This document shows, piece after piece, positions 17,607-26,431 of a stretch of 42,063 bases of DNA. The notes beneath the pieces are model-generated. The model saw only the letters and a program-made list of their open reading frames with translations, made no database searches and was not told the DNA's origin. Position numbers and translations under genes: made by a program. Numbering within the stretch: the first letter of the stretch is position 1; each line of letters begins with the position of its first letter. The stretch covers positions 1 to 42,063 of the forward strand of contig JBEHXY010000002.1 of assembly GCA_048498455.1 (NCBI GenBank), in the 5' to 3' direction. The stretch comes from Planctomycetota bacterium. Lineage in GTDB: Bacteria; Planctomycetota; Phycisphaerae; WQYP01.

Positions 17607-19181
17607 ATGAAGATTTTCCGCTGCCTCTTGGTATGGATGGTCCTGGTGCTGGCGACGGGCGCCGTCTCGGCGGCGTTCGGACAGGATGAAGGCGTCGCGC
17701 GCGGCGCCACGGGGACCCTGTCAGGGACGGTGGTGGAGGTCAACAACGAGTTTCTGCTGGTGCGCCCGATCGGAGAAGCGCCGCGGCGGCTGTACCTTCC
17801 AGCGGCCGTCGCCACCACGGCGCCCGCGACTGCTCCCGCGTTTATGAAGGTGAAGCCGGGAGATGCGGTGGAAGCGGGGTGGGTGTTTACCGACCATCGG
17901 CAACTGACATCGCTGCATGCCGCGGCGCCGCTAGCGGTGGCGGCAGGCTATCCGGCTGCCCCGACCACTGCGCCGGCGACGGTGGCAAGCAGCAAACCTG
18001 CGCCGGATGCCCCGGCGGCCGCACCTGACCGCGCGGCCGCGCCGATCACCACGGGCGAGCGGGTGAACGCCATGATCGACAATCTCCTGGCGACCGCGAA
18101 CCGGTTGCTGGAATTGCCGCTGGTGGTGGTGCTGGGGGCGGTGGCTCTGGCGGCGCTGGGTGTGGCGCTGGTTGCGGGGAAGGTGCTTAAAAAATCGGGC
18201 CGGGCGAGCGTGTCCAAGGCATTGTCCATCAGTGCGGGGGTGGTGGGTGTGGTCGCGGGTCTGCTGATCGTGGATCGGAAAATCTCCCGCCTGGAAGACC
18301 AGGTGGCGGCGCTGCGGGCGAAATCGTCCGCGGACACCAGCGCGCTGCTGGAAACAATGGCCAAGGCCGGACCGGCGCGGCGGCAGGATTTTTTCGTCGA
18401 CCTGGGCAACGTCAACAAGGCGCTGACACCGACGTTCGGTCAGACCAGCATTCGCCCGCTCGTGTGCAATGACGCGATCGACCTCTACCAGGTGCACACC
18501 AACAACCCGCTGGCCCAGGCGTGGCTGACGATCATCGACCTGACCAACCCGGAAGTGCAGATCCAGCTGCAGGCGGACTTCACGCTCAAGACGCTCACGT
18601 CCGCGTTCGCGCGGGAACACGATTGCACGGTGGCCATCAACGGCGAAGCGGGAAGTTCGCCGGAGCAGGGATCGGGGCTGGGGCCGTGGCGCGGGTTTTT
18701 CGTGAAGGAGGGGCAGGTGCTGCTGCGCGAGGCGACGGGCAACCCGCGGCCTTTCTTGAGCTTTGATGCGAAGAACCGGGCCTCGTTTACGGCGATGGCG
18801 GCGAGCGATCGCAGCCTGCCGGCGGAGCGGCCGACGGTCATCTGGGGCCGGCTCGACGCGATCATCAACGGCGTGGTGCAGACCGCCGACGAACGGAACC
18901 GCCAGCCCCGCACGGCGATGGGGATCAACGCGGAAGGAACGCGGCTGTACCTGATGGTGGTCGATGGGCGGCAGCCCCGCTATTCCAACGGGTTTTCGCG
19001 GGCGGAGGTGGGAACGTTCCTGAAGGCGTTCGGGGCGCACAATGGCATGCTGTGCGATGAAGGGGGCTCGTCCTGCATGTTTCTCAGCCAGTTCGGGGGC
19101 ATCGCCAATGTGCCGTCGGACAACAATGGTCAGGAGCGGCCCACCTACACGCACTTTGGAATTTCCATGAAGGGGAAGTGA
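17607..19181 (+). CDS. membrane-anchored phosphodiester glycosidase family protein (NAGPA/DUF2233-like domain)
   Basis: Preferred start is ATG 17607, with signal peptide MKIFRCLLVWMVLVLATGAVSAAFG. An Ala/Pro-rich linker is followed by two TM helices (LPLVVVLGAVALAALGVALVAG, ALSISAGVVGVVAGLLIV) and a short coiled coil. The C-terminal domain carries TVAINGEAGSS, RTAMGINAEGTRLYLMVVDGRQ and GMLCDEGGSSCMF, typical of the uncovering-enzyme-like family. Confidence 0.8.
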   Translation: MKIFRCLLVWMVLVLATGAVSAAFGQDEGVARGATGTLSGTVVEVNNEFLLVRPIGEAPRRLYLPAAVATTAPATAPAFMKVKPGDAVEAGWVFTDHRQLTSLHAAAPLAVAAGYPAAPTTAPATVASSKPAPDAPAAAPDRAAAPITTGERVNAMIDNLLATANRLLELPLVVVLGAVALAALGVALVAGKVLKKSGRASVSKALSISAGVVGVVAGLLIVDRKISRLEDQVAALRAKSSADTSALLETMAKAGPARRQDFFVDLGNVNKALTPTFGQTSIRPLVCNDAIDLYQVHTNNPLAQAWLTIIDLTNPEVQIQLQADFTLKTLTSAFAREHDCTVAINGEAGSSPEQGSGLGPWRGFFVKEGQVLLREATGNPRPFLSFDAKNRASFTAMAASDRSLPAERPTVIWGRLDAIINGVVQTADERNRQPRTAMGINAEGTRLYLMVVDGRQPRYSNGFSRAEVGTFLKAFGAHNGMLCDEGGSSCMFLSQFGGIANVPSDNNGQERPTYTHFGISMKGK

Positions 19182-19274
19182 GGGGCCGACCTGCGCTTGC
19201 GTTCCACGGGGCGCTGGCCGGGTTTCGCATTTGGGCGTATGGTAGAAGGGCATGTCCTTTCGCCCGGAGCATTC

Positions 19275-22226
19275 ATGAACAACCTGTGGTTTGGTGCGGC
19301 GGTGGTGTTGTCGCTGGCGGCGAGCGCGGCGGCGCAAGTGACGGCGCCGGCTGGCGGACCCCCTGGAGGGGGAGCACGCTTCTTGCTGCCCGGGGGCGTG
19401 GAGATCGAATTCGTCGCTGACAACATCGTGCATGTGACCACGTCGCGGAAGCGGACGTATCCCTCCTTTGCGGTGCTTCCTCAGAATGGCCCGGCCCCAA
19501 CGGTGGGGATATTGCGCAATGGCGGCAATGCGACTTACCGCACGGAACGGCTCGCGGTCACTTCCGACGCCAACGGCGCCCTTCAATTTGCAGACGTCCA
19601 GGGCAATGTGCTGCTGCGGGAAGCGCCCGAAGGTCGCACCGTCCCCAAAGACGGCAGCCCGCAGACTGTGCGGCAACAGTGGCTCCCGAACGCCGACGAG
19701 TCCCTCTACGGCCTCGGGCAACATCAATATGGTCTGGTGAACATCAAGGGCTACGACTTTGACCTTTGGCAGCACAACACGGAAATCGCCGTGCCGATGC
19801 TGGTGTCGTCAAAAGGCTATGGGATTTTCTGGGACAATCCTTCCTATACCCGGTTCGGCGATCCGCGCGATTATGAAGCGATTCCTCCCGACCATCTGCT
19901 GGATGCGTCGGGCAATCCCGGCGGGCTGACGGCCACGAGCTTTTCCGACGCGGCGTTCACACGGACGATCGGTACGCGAATCGATGCGGCCATCAACGTC
20001 GCGCCGGGCGTGCGCCAGCCGCAGGCGACGCCGGCGGGGGCGGTTTCGCCCATCAGCACCACAGCGCCGGCGAGCGCGCCTGCGGGCGGAACGGCCACAG
20101 CTTCCGCTCCGGCTGGAAATGGGCCGCGGCAGGGAGGGCGCGGGGGCAATCGCAACCAGGAACAGGCCGTGCGCTGGGAGGGCCAGATCCAGGCGGATGC
20201 GGCCGGGACGTACCAATTCGCGCTTTATGCCAACGGCGGGTACAAGCTGTGGATCGACGATGTGCTGCTGGCGGACCATTGGCGGCAGAACTGGCTGCCA
20301 TGGTGCGACCTGGCGAAAGTGCATTTCGATGGCGGCACGAAGCACAAGATCAAGGTGGAGTGGTCGAAGGACCAGGGCACGCACTGCCAGTTGACGTGGA
20401 AAACACCGAGTCCCAATGAGAACACGTCACTGTGGTCGCAGGTGGGCGATGGCGTGGATTATTACTTCATCGGGGGGGCGAAGGCCGGCAAAGGGGGCGG
20501 CGATGGTGCGGTGGCGGAGGTGATCAGGGGCTATCGCACGCTCACGGGCCAGGCGCCGATGATGCCGGTGTGGGCGTTTGGCTTGTGGCAATCGCGGCAG
20601 CGCTACGAAACGCAGGAAGGATCCCTGGAGGTGGTCAAGGGCTTTCGCTCGCGCAACATTCCTTTCGACAACATCGTGCAGGATTGGTTTTACTGGCGGG
20701 AGAATGCGTGGGGATCGCACGAATTCGATCCGGCGCGGTTCCCCGATCCTGATGCATGGATCAAAGAGATTCACCAGCAGAACGCGCGGCTGATGATTTC
20801 GGTGTGGGGCAAGTTCTATCCGGGGACGGACAATTTCACCGCGATGCACGATGCGGGATTCCTGTATCAGCCCAATCTGGACGAGCACATTCGCGACTGG
20901 GTTGGCCGCGGCTACGAATACACGTTCTACGATGCATTCAATCCCAAGGCACGGGAGCTGTTCTGGCAGCAGGTGAGCACCAGGCTTTTTTCCAAAGGGG
21001 TGGACGCCTGGTGGATGGATGCGACGGAGCCGGACCTGATGCCCTCGCCGCCAACGCTGGATCGGCAGATCTCGCACATGCCCGTGACGGCTGCCGGGCC
21101 CGGTGAGGCGGTGCTCAATGCCTACCCGCTGCTGAATTCGCAGGCGGTGTATGAAGGACAGCGAAAGGCCGCCCCGGACCAGCGCGTGTTCATCCTGACG
21201 CGCAGCGGATATGCAGGCCAGCAGCGCTATGCCGCGGCATCGTGGTCCGGGGACATCTCTTCCTCATGGACAGCAATGAAAAAGCAGATCGCCGCGGGCC
21301 TCGGCTACTCGATTTCCGGCTTGCCCTACTGGACGATGGATTCCGGCGGATTCTCCGTTCCCGGTAAATGGTCGACGCGCAACCCGACGCCGGAAAACCT
21401 CACCGAATGGCGCGAGCTCAACGCGCGGTGGTTCGAATTCGCCGCCTTCGTGCCGCTGCTCCGTGTCCATGGCGAGGCGCCGTTCCGGGAAATGTGGCAG
21501 TTCGGCGGCATCGAAAGCGAGGCGTACAAGGCGATGCTCAAGGCCGACCGGCTGCGTTACCGCATGCTGCCTTACGTGTACTCCGTGGCCGGCGACGTGA
21601 CGCACGACGGCTCGACCTTCATGCGGCCGCTGGTGATGGATTTTCCCGAAGACGCGGTCGCCCGCGACGTGACGGATCAGTACCTCTTTGGGCCGTCGAT
21701 CATGGTGTCGCCTGTCACCACGTTCGGGGCGCGCAACCGGAGCGTCCTGCTGCCGGGCGCGGCGGGGATGTGGTACGACTTCTGGACCGGCAAGGCGATT
21801 CGGCCCGAGACGGGACCGAAGTCGCTCATTCTTGCCGCTGCACCGTTTGACCAGATGCCGCTGCATGTGCGGGCCGGATCGATCCTTCCGCTTGGCCCTG
21901 ATCTTCAATACACCAGCGAAAAACGGGCCGACCCGCTGACACTCCTGGTGTACACCGGAGCGGATGCGCACTTTTCGCTGTACGAGGATGACGGTCTGAC
22001 CTATGGCTACGAGAGGCAGCAGTTCAGCCGCATTCCCATGCAGTACAGCGCGGCCAATCACACGCTGACCCTGGGCAAACGCACGGGAAGTTTTCCGGCG
22101 ATGCTGCAGTCGCGCACAATCCAGGTGGTGTTCATCACGCCTGACAAACCCGTGGGCTATTCGCCGGAGATGACGCCCGACAAGACCGTCACCTACAGCG
22201 GAGACGCGCTGGACGTGCACGAGTGA
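19275..22226 (+). CDS. secreted glycoside hydrolase family 31 with PA14 insertion (alpha-xylosidase/alpha-glucosidase type)
   Basis: Preferred start is ATG 19275, with signal peptide MNNLWFGAAVVLSLAASAAAQ. PA14-like block: WEGQIQADAAGTYQFALYANGGYKLWIDDVLLADHW. GH31 catalytic region: VDAWWMDATEPD, FILTRSGYAGQQRYAAASWSGDISSSW, LPYWTMDSGGF. Confidence 0.9.
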   Translation: MNNLWFGAAVVLSLAASAAAQVTAPAGGPPGGGARFLLPGGVEIEFVADNIVHVTTSRKRTYPSFAVLPQNGPAPTVGILRNGGNATYRTERLAVTSDANGALQFADVQGNVLLREAPEGRTVPKDGSPQTVRQQWLPNADESLYGLGQHQYGLVNIKGYDFDLWQHNTEIAVPMLVSSKGYGIFWDNPSYTRFGDPRDYEAIPPDHLLDASGNPGGLTATSFSDAAFTRTIGTRIDAAINVAPGVRQPQATPAGAVSPISTTAPASAPAGGTATASAPAGNGPRQGGRGGNRNQEQAVRWEGQIQADAAGTYQFALYANGGYKLWIDDVLLADHWRQNWLPWCDLAKVHFDGGTKHKIKVEWSKDQGTHCQLTWKTPSPNENTSLWSQVGDGVDYYFIGGAKAGKGGGDGAVAEVIRGYRTLTGQAPMMPVWAFGLWQSRQRYETQEGSLEVVKGFRSRNIPFDNIVQDWFYWRENAWGSHEFDPARFPDPDAWIKEIHQQNARLMISVWGKFYPGTDNFTAMHDAGFLYQPNLDEHIRDWVGRGYEYTFYDAFNPKARELFWQQVSTRLFSKGVDAWWMDATEPDLMPSPPTLDRQISHMPVTAAGPGEAVLNAYPLLNSQAVYEGQRKAAPDQRVFILTRSGYAGQQRYAAASWSGDISSSWTAMKKQIAAGLGYSISGLPYWTMDSGGFSVPGKWSTRNPTPENLTEWRELNARWFEFAAFVPLLRVHGEAPFREMWQFGGIESEAYKAMLKADRLRYRMLPYVYSVAGDVTHDGSTFMRPLVMDFPEDAVARDVTDQYLFGPSIMVSPVTTFGARNRSVLLPGAAGMWYDFWTGKAIRPETGPKSLILAAAPFDQMPLHVRAGSILPLGPDLQYTSEKRADPLTLLVYTGADAHFSLYEDDGLTYGYERQQFSRIPMQYSAANHTLTLGKRTGSFPAMLQSRTIQVVFITPDKPVGYSPEMTPDKTVTYSGDALDVHE

Positions 22227-22269
22227 TCGCAGCAGATACAAGCATGAGCACATTGGTCGAGGAGGTTCC

Positions 22270-24654
22270 ATGAGGCGGATCCTGTGTGGTGTTGTCGGCG
22301 GATTGCTGGCAATGGCGGCGGCGAAGGCCGTGGCGCAAACGGCGCCTGCCGCCGATGCGCCGGCTGTGGGCGACGCTTCCGCAGCATGGCGAAATCCATC
22401 GCTGTCGCCCGATGCCCGCGCCCGGGACCTGCTGCCGCGGCTCACGCTTGAGGAAAAGATTTCCCTCCTGCATGCCGATGGCACGTTCACGTCGCCGGGT
22501 CTGCCGCGATTCGACATCGGAAAACTGTGGATGTCCGATGGGCCCCAGGGCGTGCGCGAGGAGATTCAACCGCAGGGGTGGAACGCGGCCGGTCGCACCG
22601 ATGATTTCACGACGGCGATGCCCGCGGATATCGGGCTCGCCGCTTCCTTTGATGTCGAGCTTGCCCGGGCGTTCGGAAACGTGATCGGGCAGGAAGCGGT
22701 CGTTCGCCGCAAGAACATCATGCTGTGCCCGGGCCTCAACATCATGCGCACGCCGCTGAACGGGCGGAACTCGGAATACTTCGGCGAGGATCCGCACCTG
22801 GCCGCGCGCATGGCGGTGAACTTCATCGATGGCCTGCAGCAGAATGGCGTGGCCGCGTGCGCCAAGCACTACGCTCTCAACAACCAGGAAAACAACCGCA
22901 GTTCCGTGAATGTGCACGTCGACGAACGCACCCTGCATGAAATCTACCTGCCCGCGTTCAAGGCGGCCGTGACCGAAGCCCACGTCTGGTCCGTCATGAC
23001 GGCCTACAACCGGGTGAACGGCCAGTTCTGCTCGGAAAACAGCATGCTGCTCAACGACATCCTGAAGAAGGATTGGGCATTTCCGGGGCTGGTGATGACC
23101 GACTGGGGCGGGGCTCACTCCACGGTGCCCTGCGCGCTCAACGGGCTCGATCTTGAAATGGGAACGAATGTCACCGGCGACCACGACCGTGATTTCCTCG
23201 CCCAGCCGCTGCTGCAGGCGGTGAAAGCCGGAGAAGTGCCCGTCGCGCGGATCGATGAGATGGCCCTGCGAAACCTGCGGGTGATGGCGGCGACCGGACT
23301 GTTTGATGGGGCGAAAGCGAAGACGAGCGCGCCCGCCTTGATGGCGCCAGAGCACATCGACGCGGCCCGGAAGATTGCGGAAGCGGGGATCGTGCTGTTG
23401 AAGAACCGCGACGACCTGCTGCCCCTGGCATGGCCCCCGAAAATCAAATCGATTGCGGTGATCGGACAGAACGCCGACTCCAAATTTGCGCACGATGGCA
23501 ATTCGGCGCAGATCAAAACCTCCTATGAGATCACGCCGCTGGAGGGGATCAGGAAGTGGGTGGCGAATGCGAGCGCCGGCGGTTTCCAGTCGATCGAGAT
23601 CACCTACACGGAAGGGTATGTGCGGGCGGCGGGACGCGGCGGGCGGCGCGGCGTCGGCGGGGCGGTGACGCCCACCTCGGCGAGCGCTCCGGCCACGCAG
23701 TCCAGCCAGATCGCCGCCGCGGTGGAGGCGGCGAAGGCGGCCGATGTGGCGATCGTGGTGGCAGGACTCTACCGGGCGCAGGATCAGGAGGGGGCGGACC
23801 GGCCCAACATGAATCTGCCGCCAGGACAAGCCGAACTGATCGCCGCCGTCACCCAGGCCAATCCCCGGACCATTGTCATTCTCAACGGCGGGAGCCCCTC
23901 GGTCGTTGAGCCCTGGATCGACCATGCCGGAGCGCTCCTGATGTACTGGTATGGCGGCACGGAAGGCGGCAACGCCCTGGCGCGCGTGCTTTTCGGCGAT
24001 GTAAATCCTTCCGGCCGTCTGCCCTGCACCTGGCCCAGGCAACTGGCCGATTCGCCCGCCCATCGGCCGAACGATCCGGCGATTTTTCCCGGGACCGGCG
24101 CCAACGTGCGCGGCGGGCAGCTGACGCCGGAGGCCGGCCCCCAGGAAACGTATGCGGAGAAACTCCTGGTGGGGTATCGCTGGTTTGATGCGCAGAAAAT
24201 CGAGCCGCAGTTTCCATTCGGGTTTGGGCTTTCGTACACGACGTTCACGTTTTCAGAGTTGACCTTGCCTCCTCAGGCGGGCGCTATCAATGGCAAGGTG
24301 ATGATCCCATCGGGACCCGGGATTGCGCAGTTCACGCTGACCAACACCGGCAATCGCGAAGGTGCGGTGGTGGCGCAACTGTACGTGGAGCCGGTGAAGC
24401 CATCGGTGCAGCGGCCGCTCAAGGAGCTGAAAGGCTTCACGAAGGTGCTGTTGAAGCCCGGTGAGAGCCGGAGCGTGAGCATTCCGCTGCACGCGGCGGA
24501 CTTCGCCTATTACGAGCCGGCGACGCATGCGTGGGTGGCGGAGGCAGGTGATTATGTGGTGCATGTCGGGGATTCGTCGCGCTCGCTGCCGCTTGCGGCG
24601 AAGGTGCACCTGGATCAAACACTGACAATTCCGGACGCGGTTTCGGCAAAGTAG
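22270..24654 (+). CDS. secreted glycoside hydrolase family 3 (beta-glucosidase type) with Fn3-like C-terminal domain
   Basis: ATG 22270 with GGAGG at 22261-22265. Signal peptide MRRILCGVVGGLLAMAAAKAVAQ. GH3 motifs: MSDGPQGVR, CAKHYALNNQENNR, GLVMTDWGG (nucleophile Asp), ADVAIVVAG, FPFGFGLSYTTF. Confidence 0.9.
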   Translation: MRRILCGVVGGLLAMAAAKAVAQTAPAADAPAVGDASAAWRNPSLSPDARARDLLPRLTLEEKISLLHADGTFTSPGLPRFDIGKLWMSDGPQGVREEIQPQGWNAAGRTDDFTTAMPADIGLAASFDVELARAFGNVIGQEAVVRRKNIMLCPGLNIMRTPLNGRNSEYFGEDPHLAARMAVNFIDGLQQNGVAACAKHYALNNQENNRSSVNVHVDERTLHEIYLPAFKAAVTEAHVWSVMTAYNRVNGQFCSENSMLLNDILKKDWAFPGLVMTDWGGAHSTVPCALNGLDLEMGTNVTGDHDRDFLAQPLLQAVKAGEVPVARIDEMALRNLRVMAATGLFDGAKAKTSAPALMAPEHIDAARKIAEAGIVLLKNRDDLLPLAWPPKIKSIAVIGQNADSKFAHDGNSAQIKTSYEITPLEGIRKWVANASAGGFQSIEITYTEGYVRAAGRGGRRGVGGAVTPTSASAPATQSSQIAAAVEAAKAADVAIVVAGLYRAQDQEGADRPNMNLPPGQAELIAAVTQANPRTIVILNGGSPSVVEPWIDHAGALLMYWYGGTEGGNALARVLFGDVNPSGRLPCTWPRQLADSPAHRPNDPAIFPGTGANVRGGQLTPEAGPQETYAEKLLVGYRWFDAQKIEPQFPFGFGLSYTTFTFSELTLPPQAGAINGKVMIPSGPGIAQFTLTNTGNREGAVVAQLYVEPVKPSVQRPLKELKGFTKVLLKPGESRSVSIPLHAADFAYYEPATHAWVAEAGDYVVHVGDSSRSLPLAAKVHLDQTLTIPDAVSAK

Positions 24655-24677
24655 GCCGCGTTTCATCCAAGGAGCTC

Positions 24678-26333
24678 ATGATGTACAACGTCCGGGACCA
24701 CGGCGCTCTTGGGGACGGAGAGACGCTGGACACGAACGCCATCAACGCCGCCATCGCCGCCGCCGCCGAACAGGGCGGCGGTACCGTGCTTTTTCCGGCG
24801 GGAACGTACCTGTCCTATTCGGTTCGCCTGCGATCGCATATCACGCTGCATCTGGATGCCGGCGCGGTGCTGCTGGCGGCGGGTGATCCCCCGCCCTCGC
24901 ACGAGGACATTCTCGCCATGCTCACTCCGGAGGGAACGCTCCCGGGCGGTGGCGCCGGCGATTCCGGCTCGTTCTATGCGGGCGATACATTCGGGCAGGA
25001 AGACCCAGTTCCCCCCGCGCCCGCCGGCACGCACAAGGCGGCCCCCTCCTTCAGCGAAGCCTTCGGCCAACAATCAAAACACAGTGCCGCCCCCGGTGCT
25101 TACGACCCGCCGGAGCCCAATGAACACGATCAGTACCAGGATCATGGCCACTCGCACTGGCACAATTCGCTGATCTGGGGCGAGGAACTGACCAACATCG
25201 CCATCACCGGCCCCGGCAGAATCGATGGTCGCGGTCTCACATGGAACGCCGACCCCGCCAACCCCACCGCCAACAAGGCCATCGCCCTCAAGCGCTGCAC
25301 GCACATCACCCTGCGGGACTTCACGCTCTTTCGCGCCGGTCACTTCGCTCTGCTGGCCACCGGGTGTGACCTGCTCACCGTCGACAACGTGAAGGTCGAC
25401 ACCAATCGCGACGGCCTCGATATCGATTCCTGCAAGCACGTGGCGGTTTCGAATTGCTTCATCAACACGCCCAACGACGACGGCATCGTGCTCAAATCCT
25501 CCTATGCGCTGGGTGAGGCCCGCGCGACGGAGCACGTCACCATCACCAATTGTCACCTTTCCGGCTACGACATGGGGACACTGCTGGACGGAACGCGGAA
25601 AACCACGCAGAAGATCGCGCCCGACCGCGGCGGCGTCACCGGCCGCATCAAGTTCGGCACCGAATCCAACGGCGGCTTCCGCAACATTTCCATCAGCAAC
25701 TGCAGCTTTGCCCATTGCCGCGGCCTGGCGCTTGAGACCGTCGACGGCGGGCCGATTGAAGATGTCACCGTCTCAAACATTTCCATGCGCGACGTCACTT
25801 CCTCGCCCCTGTTCGTCCGCCTGGGCAACCGCGGCCGCGGGCCCAAGCACCTCCCGGTCTCCGTCGCACGCCGCATCTCCTTCAACAACATTTCCGCTTC
25901 CGATGCCGAACCGCGGTTCGCATCGCTTTTTTCCGGCATCCCGGGCCACCCCATTGAGGACCTGCGGCTGTCGAACATCACCCTGCAATACCGCGGCGGC
26001 GGCGCAAAACGGGATGCCCAGCGGCAGCCGCCCGAAAATGAGAAAGGCTACCCCGATCCGGTCATGTTCGGCGTCATCCCCGCCTATGGCCTCTACTTTC
26101 GGCACGTCAAAAACCTCCATGTCTCGAACGTGTCCCTCGCCTTCGACAAGCCGGAGCATCGCCCGCCCATCGTGCTGGAAGATGTGCACACCGCCACGCT
26201 TGAAAACATCACCGCCATGCGCCTGCCGGCGATACCGTTTGTCCGCTGCCAGAACGTTTCCGTGCTGACGCTTCACCAGCTGCCCACCATCACCAATGCC
26301 CACCATGCGCGGCTGGATTCTGCTGCACTTTAG
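24678..26333 (+). CDS. glycoside hydrolase family 28-like (right-handed beta-helix, polygalacturonase/rhamnogalacturonase type), no signal peptide seen
   Basis: ATG 24678 (24681 is an alternative) with AAGGAG at 24669-24674. N-terminus YNVRDHGALGDGETLDTNAINAAIAAAAEQGGGTVLFPAGTYL. Catalytic-region pattern NRDGLDIDSCKHVAVSNCFINTPNDDGIVLKS and GRIKFGTES. A long low-complexity insertion lies at about 24884-25170. Confidence 0.8.
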   Translation: MMYNVRDHGALGDGETLDTNAINAAIAAAAEQGGGTVLFPAGTYLSYSVRLRSHITLHLDAGAVLLAAGDPPPSHEDILAMLTPEGTLPGGGAGDSGSFYAGDTFGQEDPVPPAPAGTHKAAPSFSEAFGQQSKHSAAPGAYDPPEPNEHDQYQDHGHSHWHNSLIWGEELTNIAITGPGRIDGRGLTWNADPANPTANKAIALKRCTHITLRDFTLFRAGHFALLATGCDLLTVDNVKVDTNRDGLDIDSCKHVAVSNCFINTPNDDGIVLKSSYALGEARATEHVTITNCHLSGYDMGTLLDGTRKTTQKIAPDRGGVTGRIKFGTESNGGFRNISISNCSFAHCRGLALETVDGGPIEDVTVSNISMRDVTSSPLFVRLGNRGRGPKHLPVSVARRISFNNISASDAEPRFASLFSGIPGHPIEDLRLSNITLQYRGGGAKRDAQRQPPENEKGYPDPVMFGVIPAYGLYFRHVKNLHVSNVSLAFDKPEHRPPIVLEDVHTATLENITAMRLPAIPFVRCQNVSVLTLHQLPTITNAHHARLDSAAL

Positions 26334-26431
26334 CCCTGTTTTTATGCGTCACCTGGGCCGATGGACCTTCCTCGCCCGCTTCGCTAGGATGGCGATGGCA
26401 GGAAAAGTGTCTCAGGTGTGCAGGGATTTTT

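Noticed and set aside
14633-17818. Very long antisense or alternative-frame ORFs: 1061 aa at 14633..17818 (-), and also 4928..6910, 6953..8701, 11306..13081, 17931..19775, 22189..24063, 31418..33634, 34080..35789 (all -), 38659..40656 and 40653..42056 (both +).
   Set aside because: All lie opposite or out of frame to genes with clear domain signatures. Their translations are Arg/Pro/Gly/His-rich low complexity with no motifs. Stop-poor high-GC DNA produces such ORFs by chance.
19000-24700. The compositionally balanced block (GH31/GH3 region) as a horizontally acquired island.
   Set aside because: There is no integrase, tRNA, flanking direct repeats or abrupt boundary. The change in skew is gradual on both sides, which is more simply explained as the transition zone of the terminus.
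26320-26353. dif-like half site TTATGCGTCACC near the skew switch (reverse complement GGTGACGCATAA resembles the XerC arm GGTGCGCATAA).
   Set aside because: There is no matching XerD arm (TTATGTTAAAT-like) at the proper 6-bp spacing, and the partner sequence GCACTTTAGCC does not fit. A similar half match, GTTCGCATAAT at 12021-12031, lies inside GH2 coding sequence. No full 28-bp dif candidate was found by eye.
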